Source of the DNA: Leidyana gryllorum EB-2025a
Taxonomy: Eukaryota; Protista; Apicomplexa
DNA: 64,000 bases
Direction of reading: 5' to 3'
Assembly (NCBI GenBank): GCA_048772705.1
Contig: JBLWGC010000230.1
Location: 310,001 to 374,000, forward strand
Shown here piece after piece: positions 1 to 10,600 of this stretch (the first letter of the stretch is position 1; each line of letters starts with the position of its first letter). Position numbers and translations under genes: made by a program. Under the pieces are notes generated by a model. The model did not search any database and was not told the DNA's origin. It saw only the letters and a program-made list of their open reading frames with translations.

Positions 1-2493
1 AGTGCCGCTGGCAGCTGCACGTCGAGGTCGTCGGGGCCGAGCAGCCACCTCCACCTCTTCATCACTCTCTTCCTCCGAGTCGGATGAGTCCGATGGTGTG
101 TCTGAGGATTCGCCTTCGTCCTCCAAACGGCCTGCTGCTCCCCGCAATCTGTCCCGTGGTGAGCTCACATTGGCATCCGGATATGCGCGCTTGATGTACC
201 TCGCGATCGCGTCACGGAAGTTACGGATCCTAACGTGCGTGAATTCGTGTACGAATTTCGCCATCCGCTCCAGTACCACTTGCCTCGTGCACCCAACCAT
301 GAGGCATCCCATAACGTGATCGGCGATTTGCTGTCGCGCAGCGTATGCGTAAAACCAGCTCGCGTGACGGTACATTAGCAGCAGCAGCAACTTGTTGAGA
401 ATCGATATTACGAGGTCATCCAGAGTCCGCTCGTTCCCATCCCAGTCCGCTACCAATGGTTCGAATTCCGGTGCTCCCAACTGAGCCAGAACGGAGTGCT
501 CAACCGGAGACATGGGGATCGTTGGAAAAGCAGTTATATACCCGATGCTCTGATTGCGACCCTCCCGTACGATAGCGCTCCGAACCACGAGTGGGCGGAT
601 CACACGTTGATACTCACTGGTCTTTAGTGTGAAAATTTCTGTCATCTCTGACATGATCGATATCAGCGCTGCTTCGTGTACCGGATCGTATCCAGTGACC
701 GGTAAAGTCAGCAAATCCCGTTGAATCCGTCGCGAGCTGAGCGCTGCCACTCGTGTGCGCTTTCGTTCCCTTGGTGCTGCAGAAGGCGATGGACTACGTT
801 GACGGGTGCGTCTTGACGAAGATGGTCCAGGATTGTTGTCCAAAAGTTCGGGGAGGTCATCGTCCACAACTTGGCGGGTCCGCCGGGAAGGTCCAGGGGT
901 ATCGTCCGAAGGATCATGTAGAGCACTGGGGTGGATATTGCGGGCCATTCGTGAAGATCGTGGGGTGTTTTCTAAAAGCTCTGGAAGCTGATCGTCTCGT
1001 TCACTCTGGCGATGTCTTCGAGAAGGTGCGGGCACATTGTCCAGCAGAGGCGGTAGGTCGGGGTCCACCTCGCCAGCCGCCGCTGGCGTGGGCACCGAGT
1101 TCCGTTCAGCGCTCGCAGCAAACGCACTGCTGCTCGCCTGACCCCTGCGTGGGCGGGGCTCCCTCTCGATGGGAGTGACTCCTTCCGCCGGTCGGGCCCG
1201 CTTTGCCGACGAAACTCCTCTTGCGGGATATCCACCACGAGCAGCCGCTTGCACGCCTCTCGTCGCGGTCTGTCCGCCTTTCGGAGCGGGGCCACTTCGG
1301 GACGATTGACCCCCTCTACGCGGGGCAGGAGTGACTTCGATACCTGAACGACCTCGTTGTGAAGGGGTGGCTAAGCTGCTGGAACTCGGGCCCGGGGCTG
1401 ATGAGGGATCGTCATCCTCATCTTCACGTCTGGAAGGCTTGATGAGTTGGGGTTCGGCCTGCAGAATCCCAGTGGGAGGCGGAAAAGAGATTTCAGGAGC
1501 TCGGGGGTAAAGCCAAAGCTCTTCTTCGGTGGGTAATCGAATACGAATTTGAAGGTCGTCTGCTCCAAAATTGCTGTGGTCGATGCACTCGGGAAAGGGG
1601 TGCGACGCAGCCAATTCTGTCAAATCCACCCTTGGAGTTGACATTAACGCCGGAGGTGGTGCAATGGCCTTACCCAATTCCCGAAGGAATATTTTGTACC
1701 CGTTCCGCCCCCACATCATAGACATCACCCGCACGGGCAACTTCCTCCGAGCATCGCGGGACTGTCGCATCACAAACTCGTAGTATTTCTGCCTGAAAGC
1801 TTTCACCACGTCTGATAGCCGATTCCGGTGGTTGGGTTCGATACGGGGCAGATGGGCCACATAAGTATTCATCATATGATCCGTCTCCTTGAGGTCTGGT
1901 TGCCACTGCAAACCTTGAAATAGTGGACACTCCTCCAAATTGCATTGCCCATCGCAGCGGTGCCACGGACTCGTCCACGTTCTGGAAACCAGCTGAGGAT
2001 CATTCTGTTCCCCCGGAACTACCACTTCTACTACAAAGAAGTCTGGCCCGAAATCCCACCCCTCATCCTTCTTTTCCTCTTTTGCACCGCCTTCCTCCTC
2101 CGTCGCTGTTGATGAGGCGTCCCTCACAGTCACTAGACGGCTCACAAGGCTTCCGTAGTCCGACGCTGGCCGCCTCCCAATCGACTTTGGTCCTTCTTTC
2201 TCAACGGGGTCAATGGAACCTATCTCCTCCTTGAGCTGCTTCCCATCCATTGTTGCCCCGTCCGCAGGTCCCTCTCCCTCCTTCATGACTGCTGGCAGTG
2301 CAGGGGCTTCAACCGCCGCACCAAGCGGCACCTCCTCCATGTCGTTGCAACCATTTTGTCCATTTCCGAGACTAACGTCGTTCCCGAAGTCGCTCGGCCC
2401 CTGCACCTCCTCGGCCGACTCGCCGGATGGTAGCAGAGCAGACGTATTGATCAAGTTCAATCTGCTGAAACTTAGACGAGATGACTCGGTCAT
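1..2493 (-). CDS. Hypothetical protein, >=831 aa, running off the window start (absent from the ORF track)
   Basis: Manual translation: stop-free minus frame from ATG 2493 (MTESSRLSFSRL...) to position 1, with an in-frame stop upstream at ~2539-2541. Low-complexity R/S/P/E tracts, 3 copies of a D-x-LPxLL[DE]NxP motif, and two globular-looking segments. Confidence 0.8.
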   Translation of the reverse strand, partial: MTESSRLSFSRLNLINTSALLPSGESAEEVQGPSDFGNDVSLGNGQNGCNDMEEVPLGAAVEAPALPAVMKEGEGPADGATMDGKQLKEEIGSIDPVEKEGPKSIGRRPASDYGSLVSRLVTVRDASSTATEEEGGAKEEKKDEGWDFGPDFFVVEVVVPGEQNDPQLVSRTWTSPWHRCDGQCNLEECPLFQGLQWQPDLKETDHMMNTYVAHLPRIEPNHRNRLSDVVKAFRQKYYEFVMRQSRDARRKLPVRVMSMMWGRNGYKIFLRELGKAIAPPPALMSTPRVDLTELAASHPFPECIDHSNFGADDLQIRIRLPTEEELWLYPRAPEISFPPPTGILQAEPQLIKPSRREDEDDDPSSAPGPSSSSLATPSQRGRSGIEVTPAPRRGGQSSRSGPAPKGGQTATRGVQAAARGGYPARGVSSAKRARPAEGVTPIEREPRPRRGQASSSAFAASAERNSVPTPAAAGEVDPDLPPLLDNVPAPSRRHRQSERDDQLPELLENTPRSSRMARNIHPSALHDPSDDTPGPSRRTRQVVDDDLPELLDNNPGPSSSRRTRQRSPSPSAAPRERKRTRVAALSSRRIQRDLLTLPVTGYDPVHEAALISIMSEMTEIFTLKTSEYQRVIRPLVVRSAIVREGRNQSIGYITAFPTIPMSPVEHSVLAQLGAPEFEPLVADWDGNERTLDDLVISILNKLLLLLMYRHASWFYAYAARQQIADHVMGCLMVGCTRQVVLERMAKFVHEFTHVRIRNFRDAIARYIKRAYPDANVSSPRDRLRGAAGRLEDEGESSDTPSDSSDSEEESDEEVEVAARPRRPRRAAASGT

Positions 2494-2901
2494 ATATGGT
2501 CGAGGGACTAAATTTTTGTGACCGACCACGATTCGCCACTACCCAGCCGATTTTCGACGGGGCCCTAGAACGCTCTTTCGCCATCAAGAACGCCGGCTCA
2601 GCCGTCGCTCAACCGTTCAGCAACGTATAAGCGGCACGGCGAACATGTTGCAGCGCTGCAGCATCATTATAGCCCACGGAAATCACACCCCGGCCGTCTG
2701 ACAAGTCGTTTTGTCTGCGAAACTGACAACATCATTTTGAACAGTGTCGGTATCTGCATTGATGAATTCACTTATTTGACTGTATACAGTATTAGGTTTG
2801 GTTAATAGAACAATGATGCATTCAAGGAACCATCAATTAGTTACAATTGGACATAAGTGGGTCTTTACTTAATGATTGGTGCTATCTAAAGGTCATTGGG
2901 C

Positions 2902-2917
2902 GGCTTCGAGTGAAGCC
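2902..2917 (-). promoter_or_regulatory. Histone 3' stem-loop-like hairpin downstream of H2B
   Basis: Minus strand GGCTTC-ACTC-GAAGCC followed by GCCCA: 6-bp stem, 4-nt loop, ~100 nt after the H2B stop; resembles the GGYYYY-UUUN-RRRRCC-ACCCA consensus. Confidence 0.4.
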
Positions 2918-3020
2918 AATTCGTTAATCGAACACAGTAAAGCACGTAGAACAGTCCACACGATAACGATCTTGGAATCCGATAAGCTCTCCAGCATTGT
3001 CGATAAAGCTGTTGAATAGC

Positions 3021-3392
3021 TTAGGCAGCCTTGCCTTGGTATTTGGTGCAGGCTTTGGTGCCCTCATTGATGGCGTGTTTAGCCAACTCGCCCGGAAGGA
3101 TAAGACGAACGGCAGTTTGAATCTCTTTAGAACCCATAGTCTTGTACTTATGGCGCTTGCAGAGAGTTGAGGCTTCATCACAGAGACGACCAAAGCAATC
3201 CATCACGAAAGAGTTCATGATAGCCATTGCCCGCCCCGAAATACCAATCTCGGGATGCACAGACTTGAGCACCTTGTAGATGTAAGACACGTACTTGTGA
3301 GAAGTGCCATGTCGCTTCTTCTTGGCTCCACCGGCAGCCGAAGTAGGAGTCTTCTTCGCAGACTTCTTCGCAACCTTCTTCTCGGCAGCCAT
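3021..3392 (-). CDS. H2B: Histone H2B, divergent variant
   Basis: [28 protein letters not shown]...[26 protein letters not shown]; intronless; 4 Cys. Confidence 0.97.
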   Translation of the reverse strand: MAAEKKVAKKSAKKTPTSAAGGAKKKRHGTSHKYVSYIYKVLKSVHPEIGISGRAMAIMNSFVMDCFGRLCDEASTLCKRHKYKTMGSKEIQTAVRLILPGELAKHAINEGTKACTKYQGKAA

Positions 3393-3664
3393 TGCTGTTG
3401 TTTGGTGAACAGAGAGCTAACTAAGTAATGAAAGGCTTGTGGAGTGCTCGATGTGCTTTCAGAAGACCTGACCGTTCTGAGCTCTTGGAAAAGTGTTTGG
3501 GGAAAACGCACACCTTATTTTGGTGGAGACGCGCGTCCGCGTGTCGCCAACCTGTCCCAAACAGCGAACCTGGTTTTCCACAAAACCCCGCAGCCACTGT
3601 TACTCTTCCTTACACAGCAAATCCGCATTCCCAGCTCTGAATTGCTCTACATCGCCAACACACA
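3393..3664. promoter_or_regulatory. Bidirectional promoter between H2B and H3
   Basis: 272-bp gap between divergent ATGs, with the perfect palindrome GACGCGCGTC (3528-3537) at its midpoint. Confidence 0.55.
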
Positions 3665-4090
3665 ATGACCAAGACTAAGCACGCCGCACGCAAGTCCACT
3701 ACTTTGGCCGGCAAGGCTCCTCGGAAGCAACTCGCTTCTAAGGCCGCCCGCAAGTCGGTTTCCACCGCTGCTGGAGGTCCGGGTGCGAAGAAGCCCCGTC
3801 GCTACAAGCCCGGAACTGTGGCTCTCCGTGAAATCCGTCGTTATCAGAAATCTACCGAGCTTCTTATTCGCAAGCTTCCCTTCCAGAGGCTTGTGAAGGA
3901 GATCGCTGGCGAGTTCAAGTCTGAACTTCGTTTCCAATCTTCGGCTGTGTTGGCCCTTCAAGAGGCCTCTGAGGCGTACCTTGTCGGTCTCTTTGAAGAT
4001 ACTAACTTGTGCGCTATCCATGCTAAGAGGGTCACCATCATGGCCAAGGATATTCTGTTGGCACGCCGGATCAGAGGCGAACGTGCTTAA
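3665..4090 (+). CDS. H3: Histone H3, divergent variant with altered and extended N-tail
   Basis: [69 protein letters not shown]; 141 aa; intronless. Confidence 0.97.
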   Translation: MTKTKHAARKSTTLAGKAPRKQLASKAARKSVSTAAGGPGAKKPRRYKPGTVALREIRRYQKSTELLIRKLPFQRLVKEIAGEFKSELRFQSSAVLALQEASEAYLVGLFEDTNLCAIHAKRVTIMAKDILLARRIRGERA

Positions 4091-4628
4091 AGAGGGCAAT
4101 CGGTGAATCACCGGCCACCCGTAGAAGCACACGGGTTTCTCTTTAGTTAGATTACTTTACACTGGGAGGTCGGAGACTTACAGCTGGCTGACAAGAGCTG
4201 TACAGAGATGTGATTATGTTATTTATATGCTATGATTGATGATAATCGTCTCACTCGAGATGTATTGTTTCTTCTTCTGCCAACTAAAAAGGATTCTCTT
4301 ATCGGTGCTATCTATATACCTTTTAAATGCAAACGAGTAGTCAAGTAACTGTCGCTCACGTACATACAAGCACTGTAAAAGCAATGATGTTTTGGATCAG
4401 ATTCTCAAACATTGCTGTCACATTTGATTAAGTTCCAAACATTGTTCCGATACTTTTTCTCTCTTGTAGGCCAGAGAGTGACTTATCGTTTATGACTGTC
4501 AATCTTCGTTATAGATCATCAGCTTTGGTACATTAGGGGATTAGCGAGAGGGTCTCGAGATCGAGAGATCTTTGACTCCTGCTTCATCAGTGACGTAGTC
4601 AGTCTGAAATTTTTGAGCTCGCCAGGCT

Positions 4629-7600
4629 ATGGATGTAGATGAGCTCGTTGAGTATCTTGCGGAGAACAGAAGTATATCTGGGAGACATTCCTTCACGCTG
4701 GAAGATGCGCTGCGCGGTTTGACGGGCGGCGAAGCTTCGACACCGATTTCTGATCCCGCTGCTGAATTGATCACAGAGGACCATGAATTTGCGGACAACT
4801 TGACTGGAGCATCTGTGGGGCCTGGATCGGCTGTTATGACAGTGCGGGGACCAGTGACTGAGAAGCACTGTTTGAGCACAACGATCGTGGATTCCCATCG
4901 AGGTGACGCTAGCAAGGATCTGTCGAAGCGATTTTGGGACTCTCCTGTGTGGCTGGATGACTGTTTCGAGATGCATCGGCATGGGGTGGACATACAGCGA
5001 ACGTATGCCAATACGCGCCATGTGGTGGTGCGGGCGAGTGATATGGACGTCTCTGCAACTGAGAGTGCCAGATTTCATGCATCGACATTACGTAATCATA
5101 AGCGTGCACGGTTCATTCCGGAGCGCCTACCAGTACGCGAACATGCCAACGAAGATCTACAGACCGCCATTCAAGTGATCGAGAGTGCCCAAGCTACAAT
5201 GTCGACGCGGGCGTCATCATCTGACATAAATACAGCACAATTGGTCAAACGATTCCGAGCAGATCTTCGGATGGAAGTAACAGGTCGAAACTACAAAAGT
5301 GCCAGCTACTGGGAAACCTCTCATGCAGCATTGATCATTGGTGCATCGAGAGCCAAACAGGTTAGTCACCACTGCTTTTTGAGAGTCACACTCACACTTG
5401 TGCAGCCGTTTCTGCTGGCAGGAGTTATACTGCACAGCTTAATGAATCAGAGGAGTGGGAGGGTACCCCCATTGGAGCCATGTACAGCCTCATTTGATGA
5501 CTGTGACCTAACCTGGGCGCTGAGTGATTTGGTAAGAGTCATTCCGGTTTGGTACTCTCCACGTGGTATTGACAGCATTGGGTGAGCACAATGAACGAGA
5601 ATGTGTGGTATCCACCACGAAAAGGGAGCGAGAAAATATGGCCTTGCGTCTCGGACGACAAGAATGCCGCAAGTTTGAGTGATGAGAGCCCCATAGCCAA
5701 CCTATGCCGAATGGCACATGGATGGGCTGTTAGGCTGAATCGGATCCGCTTATCGAATGGATCTGACACCGGGGTGTGTCGCCCTCTCGACCTTTCATAC
5801 TTACCCGAAATCCCTGCACCCAACAAGTTTGCGAAATCAGCTTCCCAGGAGGATCAAAAGGGAGAGTCAGCAGTCGAGAACCGTCGCTTAGGAGTCACAG
5901 CGCCCATACTGCGCAAAGGAGTCAAGTTTTGTCAGATTCGTATTTCTGTTACAAAAACCCATCGGGAAGCCTTGTTGAGCAGCCCTTCGGATTCTACAGA
6001 GTCTTCCACCCGTTTCTCTATCGGTATAATATCAGCCGACACCAAAAGAGCGTCTGTGGGCGAATTATCGCAGTCCCCGGACGCTGTTTGTTTCTCCAGT
6101 GCTGATGGCAAGATCCACGTGGGCGAGTCGTTTGCAAGGGTAGCCGCAGCCGACCTTTACCCACACGGGTTTAACGACGAACCGCAACTCGCGAACCAAA
6201 TTCTGGCGTCCATTTGCGACAGCAACCCGGAAGGAACTGAGGAAGCGTCTTCTTCCACTTCCAAACCGCAACACAGAACCTCATGGACATTCACTCTCTT
6301 GTACGACATGGATCAGGGACTCTTGTCAATCTCGCTTTGCGGAGAGCCTTTGGTGACTTCATTAGCTATCCACCCCCGCAAAGCCTCGCGGTTCGCCGTC
6401 TGGCTGAATGATGAGGGTTTGGAGGCTGAGATCTTACACCTGCATCCCCTGTCGACTCACGATATGGACATCTACGAAGCCGCCATACCCAGCCCGCTAA
6501 TACCTCATCCAATACCTCCCGATATGCTCGCGCTGCATGTTGCGATTGCTTGGCTACGCTGGCAAGAGAATGCTCGCGAAACGCACTCGAGAAGTGTGTG
6601 TGAGTCACGGTCAGACCTGCAATCATTGGCATACATCGACATGTCACTGCAACTGATTGTCAAAGAAGCTCGAGAAGAGAGGAGGTCTCGGTACCACGAA
6701 CCCATCTGTTGGGCTCTCTTACGAATTCTTACCTTTGTCCTGACCCATTATCGGGCAGTTGAAAACGATATTGTTCCGTCTGACACCCAAAACGCTTCCA
6801 TCGAGCTTCCCCGCTACACGGACACTCAGTTTCAGTCGCTCGAGTCCTGGGGAGAGCAGTATTTGTTCAATCCTTATGCGGAGTGCGTCGCTCCAATACT
6901 TTTGTCATTGTGGAAGACCTGCCAAGAAGTGCGCCAGCTCACTCGTGTGGAGGACCCCTCGTCCACGACGAGCTCGGACCATTGGAAATTTCATGTTGAT
7001 GGTACCCTGAGTAACCTCTCTCTGGCGTTAAGCTCCAGTGTACTGCGCTGGTTCACTCGTGAGCCGAGAGCCCACCCCAGCGGTCGTCCCACTCTGCCGA
7101 CAAGTGCTGTACGCATCCCGCATCCTCAGATCGCTGAACATCTGAAGCATCTGCACTCCATATTAGAAAGTTTCGTACGAACGTATGAGCCCCCCCCTCC
7201 GGGTGATGATAAGCGGTATTCATCGGAAGATCCCAAGACGGGGGCTACACGCATGTCAGAAGGGGAGAATGATGAGGGGCCGACGGTGCGGCAAAGTGGT
7301 GGGGACGAGTCGCCAAGTGCCGCGACCAATCCAGTTTTGCTATCGCGGGTTAGCCAAGCATTAAGCGTACTCAAAGCTCCCGCGGTCAAAGTACTTTTGG
7401 TGTGCACTAATGTCTATGCCGAAGAAAGTGCTTCAAAGATCATCTCTGTACTTGGTGCCATGGCGAAGATTGGAGATCAAGATCCCCGTCCCGAAATGAA
7501 GAAACTTGGCAATGAGGCGGGAAAGTTCATTGGAAATTTGGTGCACTGTTTGACGGCCTTTATGGCCTCCGGCCTCGGAGGATCCAATGCTGCCAAAGCT

Positions 7601-10600
7601 GACCCCTCTTTGAAAGCCACGGGTGGATTGACTGTCGAGCAACAGATCAGTTCTCTCAAGGAGTCATCGGCGGATGACCCGCCGACCACCACGCTGCCAG
7701 CTCACCAGGAGGAGTACCGACTCCGTAATCTCGTCCAAACATACGCGAGCAATATGGTTCCTACGGTCCAACCCAACAGTTTGGAGCGGATGTGCCGTCA
7801 CCTGCACACCATTATGGACGATCTCGTACCCGATATGTCGTATGTCCCAGATGTGGTGGTCCGCATCGTTCAAGGACTGCAGAGAATTATGACCGTATGT
7901 TTGATGGACCCAATGGCCACACCCCAGCTGCTCCCAGAGACATATCGTCTCACCCACCGTTTGATTGAACTGCTCGATCGTCCATGGACACAGTGGCCAA
8001 GCAACGCCGAGGACACAGAGGACACCATGTTTCTGGTCCTCGATACCTCTCATCCATTGATGGTTAAGAATAACAGTGAACAGGACAGCACTAAGAGTAC
8101 CTGGAGATACGTGATGCCCTTTGACTATCCGATGACTGTTGAGATCTTTCACCATCCCAACTTTGAACTCACAGCTCCTCAGGCCGTCCTCGCCATCAAA
8201 GTGAGTCCCAATCCGAATCACACTTCTCTCTATCGGCGGACCACCGCTCCTTCTGTAGGCAATTCAACCCGTGTCTCCCGATGACTACGTCCACCACGGC
8301 ACCGTTCCCTACACCAACATGGCTCCCGTCGAACAGGTCTTTGTGGTGGACAAACCGGAGACTCAAAAGTTTGAGAACGTGTCGGTGTTCCAGGTACGTT
8401 TGACGCTCTCCAAGTTCAGTCTGCAACTCCTGTGACATCAGATGACTCTCAATATGTTCAATGATCTCGTGGTCAAACCGCTTTGGGGTTTCGAGCTTGT
8501 TGCCAAGATATCTGGTCCGGGTAGGAGTTGGCAGTTCGACAATGCGCCACAACGGCTCCTCCTCACCCTAATGCTGCTCACATCGTCTTTGGCGTCCATC
8601 ACGTTGGCCAAGGGATTATCCTGTAAAGCTGTGTCCTCAATCTTCGAACCCGCACTGGCCGGCAGGAGAACCGTTGGGTTGGATGATCCCCACGTAGCGT
8701 CGCTGGTCAAGACACTTTGGCAACAGCACCAAAAGGATGGCCAGGTGGACGTCGACTTTGTCAAGGAGGAAGCCGTGAAGCTTTTGACCTCATTTGGGTG
8801 CGATGAGATTCCTTCGAGACTCGACGCACTTCTGGACACCGTCGTTCTGCATCTCATTTGGCGATTTGAGATGGGACCGTCCGCACCTCTGGACTCGTCT
8901 CTCAAGGCGTCGGTATCACTGAGATTGCTCTGGGATATGCGATCCACTTCAAAGCCGGTTCAGGAGTGCACCGCCGACACCCTCGCGAAAGCCGTTGTCA
9001 TTGCACACCTCCTGCGTTACGATGAAGAGGAGAAGAAAGATGAGAACAACGGTGAATCCGAGGCCGTTATGGCCATTGGAGCTTTACACTCCTCGAAGCT
9101 TTGGAAACTCATTCTACCCACCCTTAGCATCCCCGACTTCTTGAATCAGGCGGTCTCACTGGGAACGCTTCCCCAGAGATTCAGGGGTGCCTGGCAAAAG
9201 TATGAGGACTTGTTGGCTCAGACGGCCGATTTGAAGGGAGTCACTGACTCTGGTCACTGGGGATCGAGAGCGCTGAGCACAGCTACCGTAATGGGATCGT
9301 TGATCAACCATTTCTACAAAGTCGCCGCTTTCCTGGAAACCGCAGCGCCTCCAGACCCGGTTCCTCGTCTATTCGCTCAGGTGCCTCTTGAGAGTTTGTT
9401 GAGCCGGAGTCTCGCAGTCTTGGAGCTGACCTCCAGTGCGAAGAGCGATGAAGGGAAAGCCAAATTAGCCTTGGAGGGGCTTCATCAGTTTGTGGCCTCC
9501 TCCGTCACAAGCCGTGCCGAGATTGACAGATTGGCACACTCTCTCAAGGGTTTGGCGCTCATCATAGGCAAAGTGACGATGACGGATGGGCCCCCAGACG
9601 GTTTCCGTACTTCTGTGTCTGTTGCTCGTCAACAGTGTATCATTATATACATCCTCTCTCTCCTTCTCAAGATCCTGTCGCACTGCACCGATCCGGAACC
9701 CGTTTTCACAACCTTCGCTGAACTCCACAATCGGGCGTTGGAAGTCTTCCAGAGCTCCCTGTGTTGGATTGATGAGACTATGTCGACTTGGCATTGGCTC
9801 TCACCAACCGGGCGGGCCTTCCGGAGAAAGCGACAGCTCCTCTTGGCTGGAGCCACTTCCACACCTAATGAACCGGTGGCACTGCCAATGACTGAAGCAA
9901 TAGTTGCTGTGGCAGTGGTGGTGAAGCCGGGCGTCGAGAACGGAAATAAACCTATGCCGCCCAACGTCTCTCGTATCGATTACGAGTGTGTGATGCAGAA
10001 CTTTGCATTGTCACATTCACAGGGTAATTATGAAGTTTGGGTTCGGCGCCACTCCACGCGATATGCGAGTCGCGCAGCCGCGACCATCCCACCACGACGG
10101 CTAAAGTACTCTCAGAAGCCATATGAAGCGCCGCTGATGCCCATAAAGTATCTCAACTCGCTAGACTTCCAATTGTCGGACTTGCCAACTCCCACTCTGA
10201 AGCCCCAAGCGTATCTGCTCCGTGGAGAATCACGTGTAACGGGAGCGCCCACCTCGGCCTTGGCCCGGGTGACATTGAGTGAGAACGGGACCTTAAATCA
10301 AGAAGTGAGGGCGGTCACCCCACCAACTCCCATTGCAATGTATCGCTGGCGAGCTCACTTGTCCTCGAACCTTCAGGATCACGCTCGGATCCACGTGACA
10401 TTCCCTGAGAGTCGAGCCGCTCAACACGAATGGTTGGTGAATTTGGGTCTGTTGATTCAAGCCCGATACCTGACTTTGTCATCCATTTGGACCATTCTGT
10501 TGTCCACTGCACTTTCGAATGTAATCGTGGAGAAACATCAACAAGCGTTCCTTCGGTCTCGACTATACCAAGTGTTGGCTGATCTTGGGACCCGCGTGAT

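Noticed and set aside
2-2587. Many short ORFs suggesting a decayed transposon or pseudogene
   Set aside because: They are shadows of one continuous minus-strand ORF that runs off the window; no RT, integrase or transposase motifs.
3665-4090. CenH3 assignment for the divergent H3
   Set aside because: Loop 1 has canonical length, and FQRLV, RFQ and the tail lysine motifs are retained.
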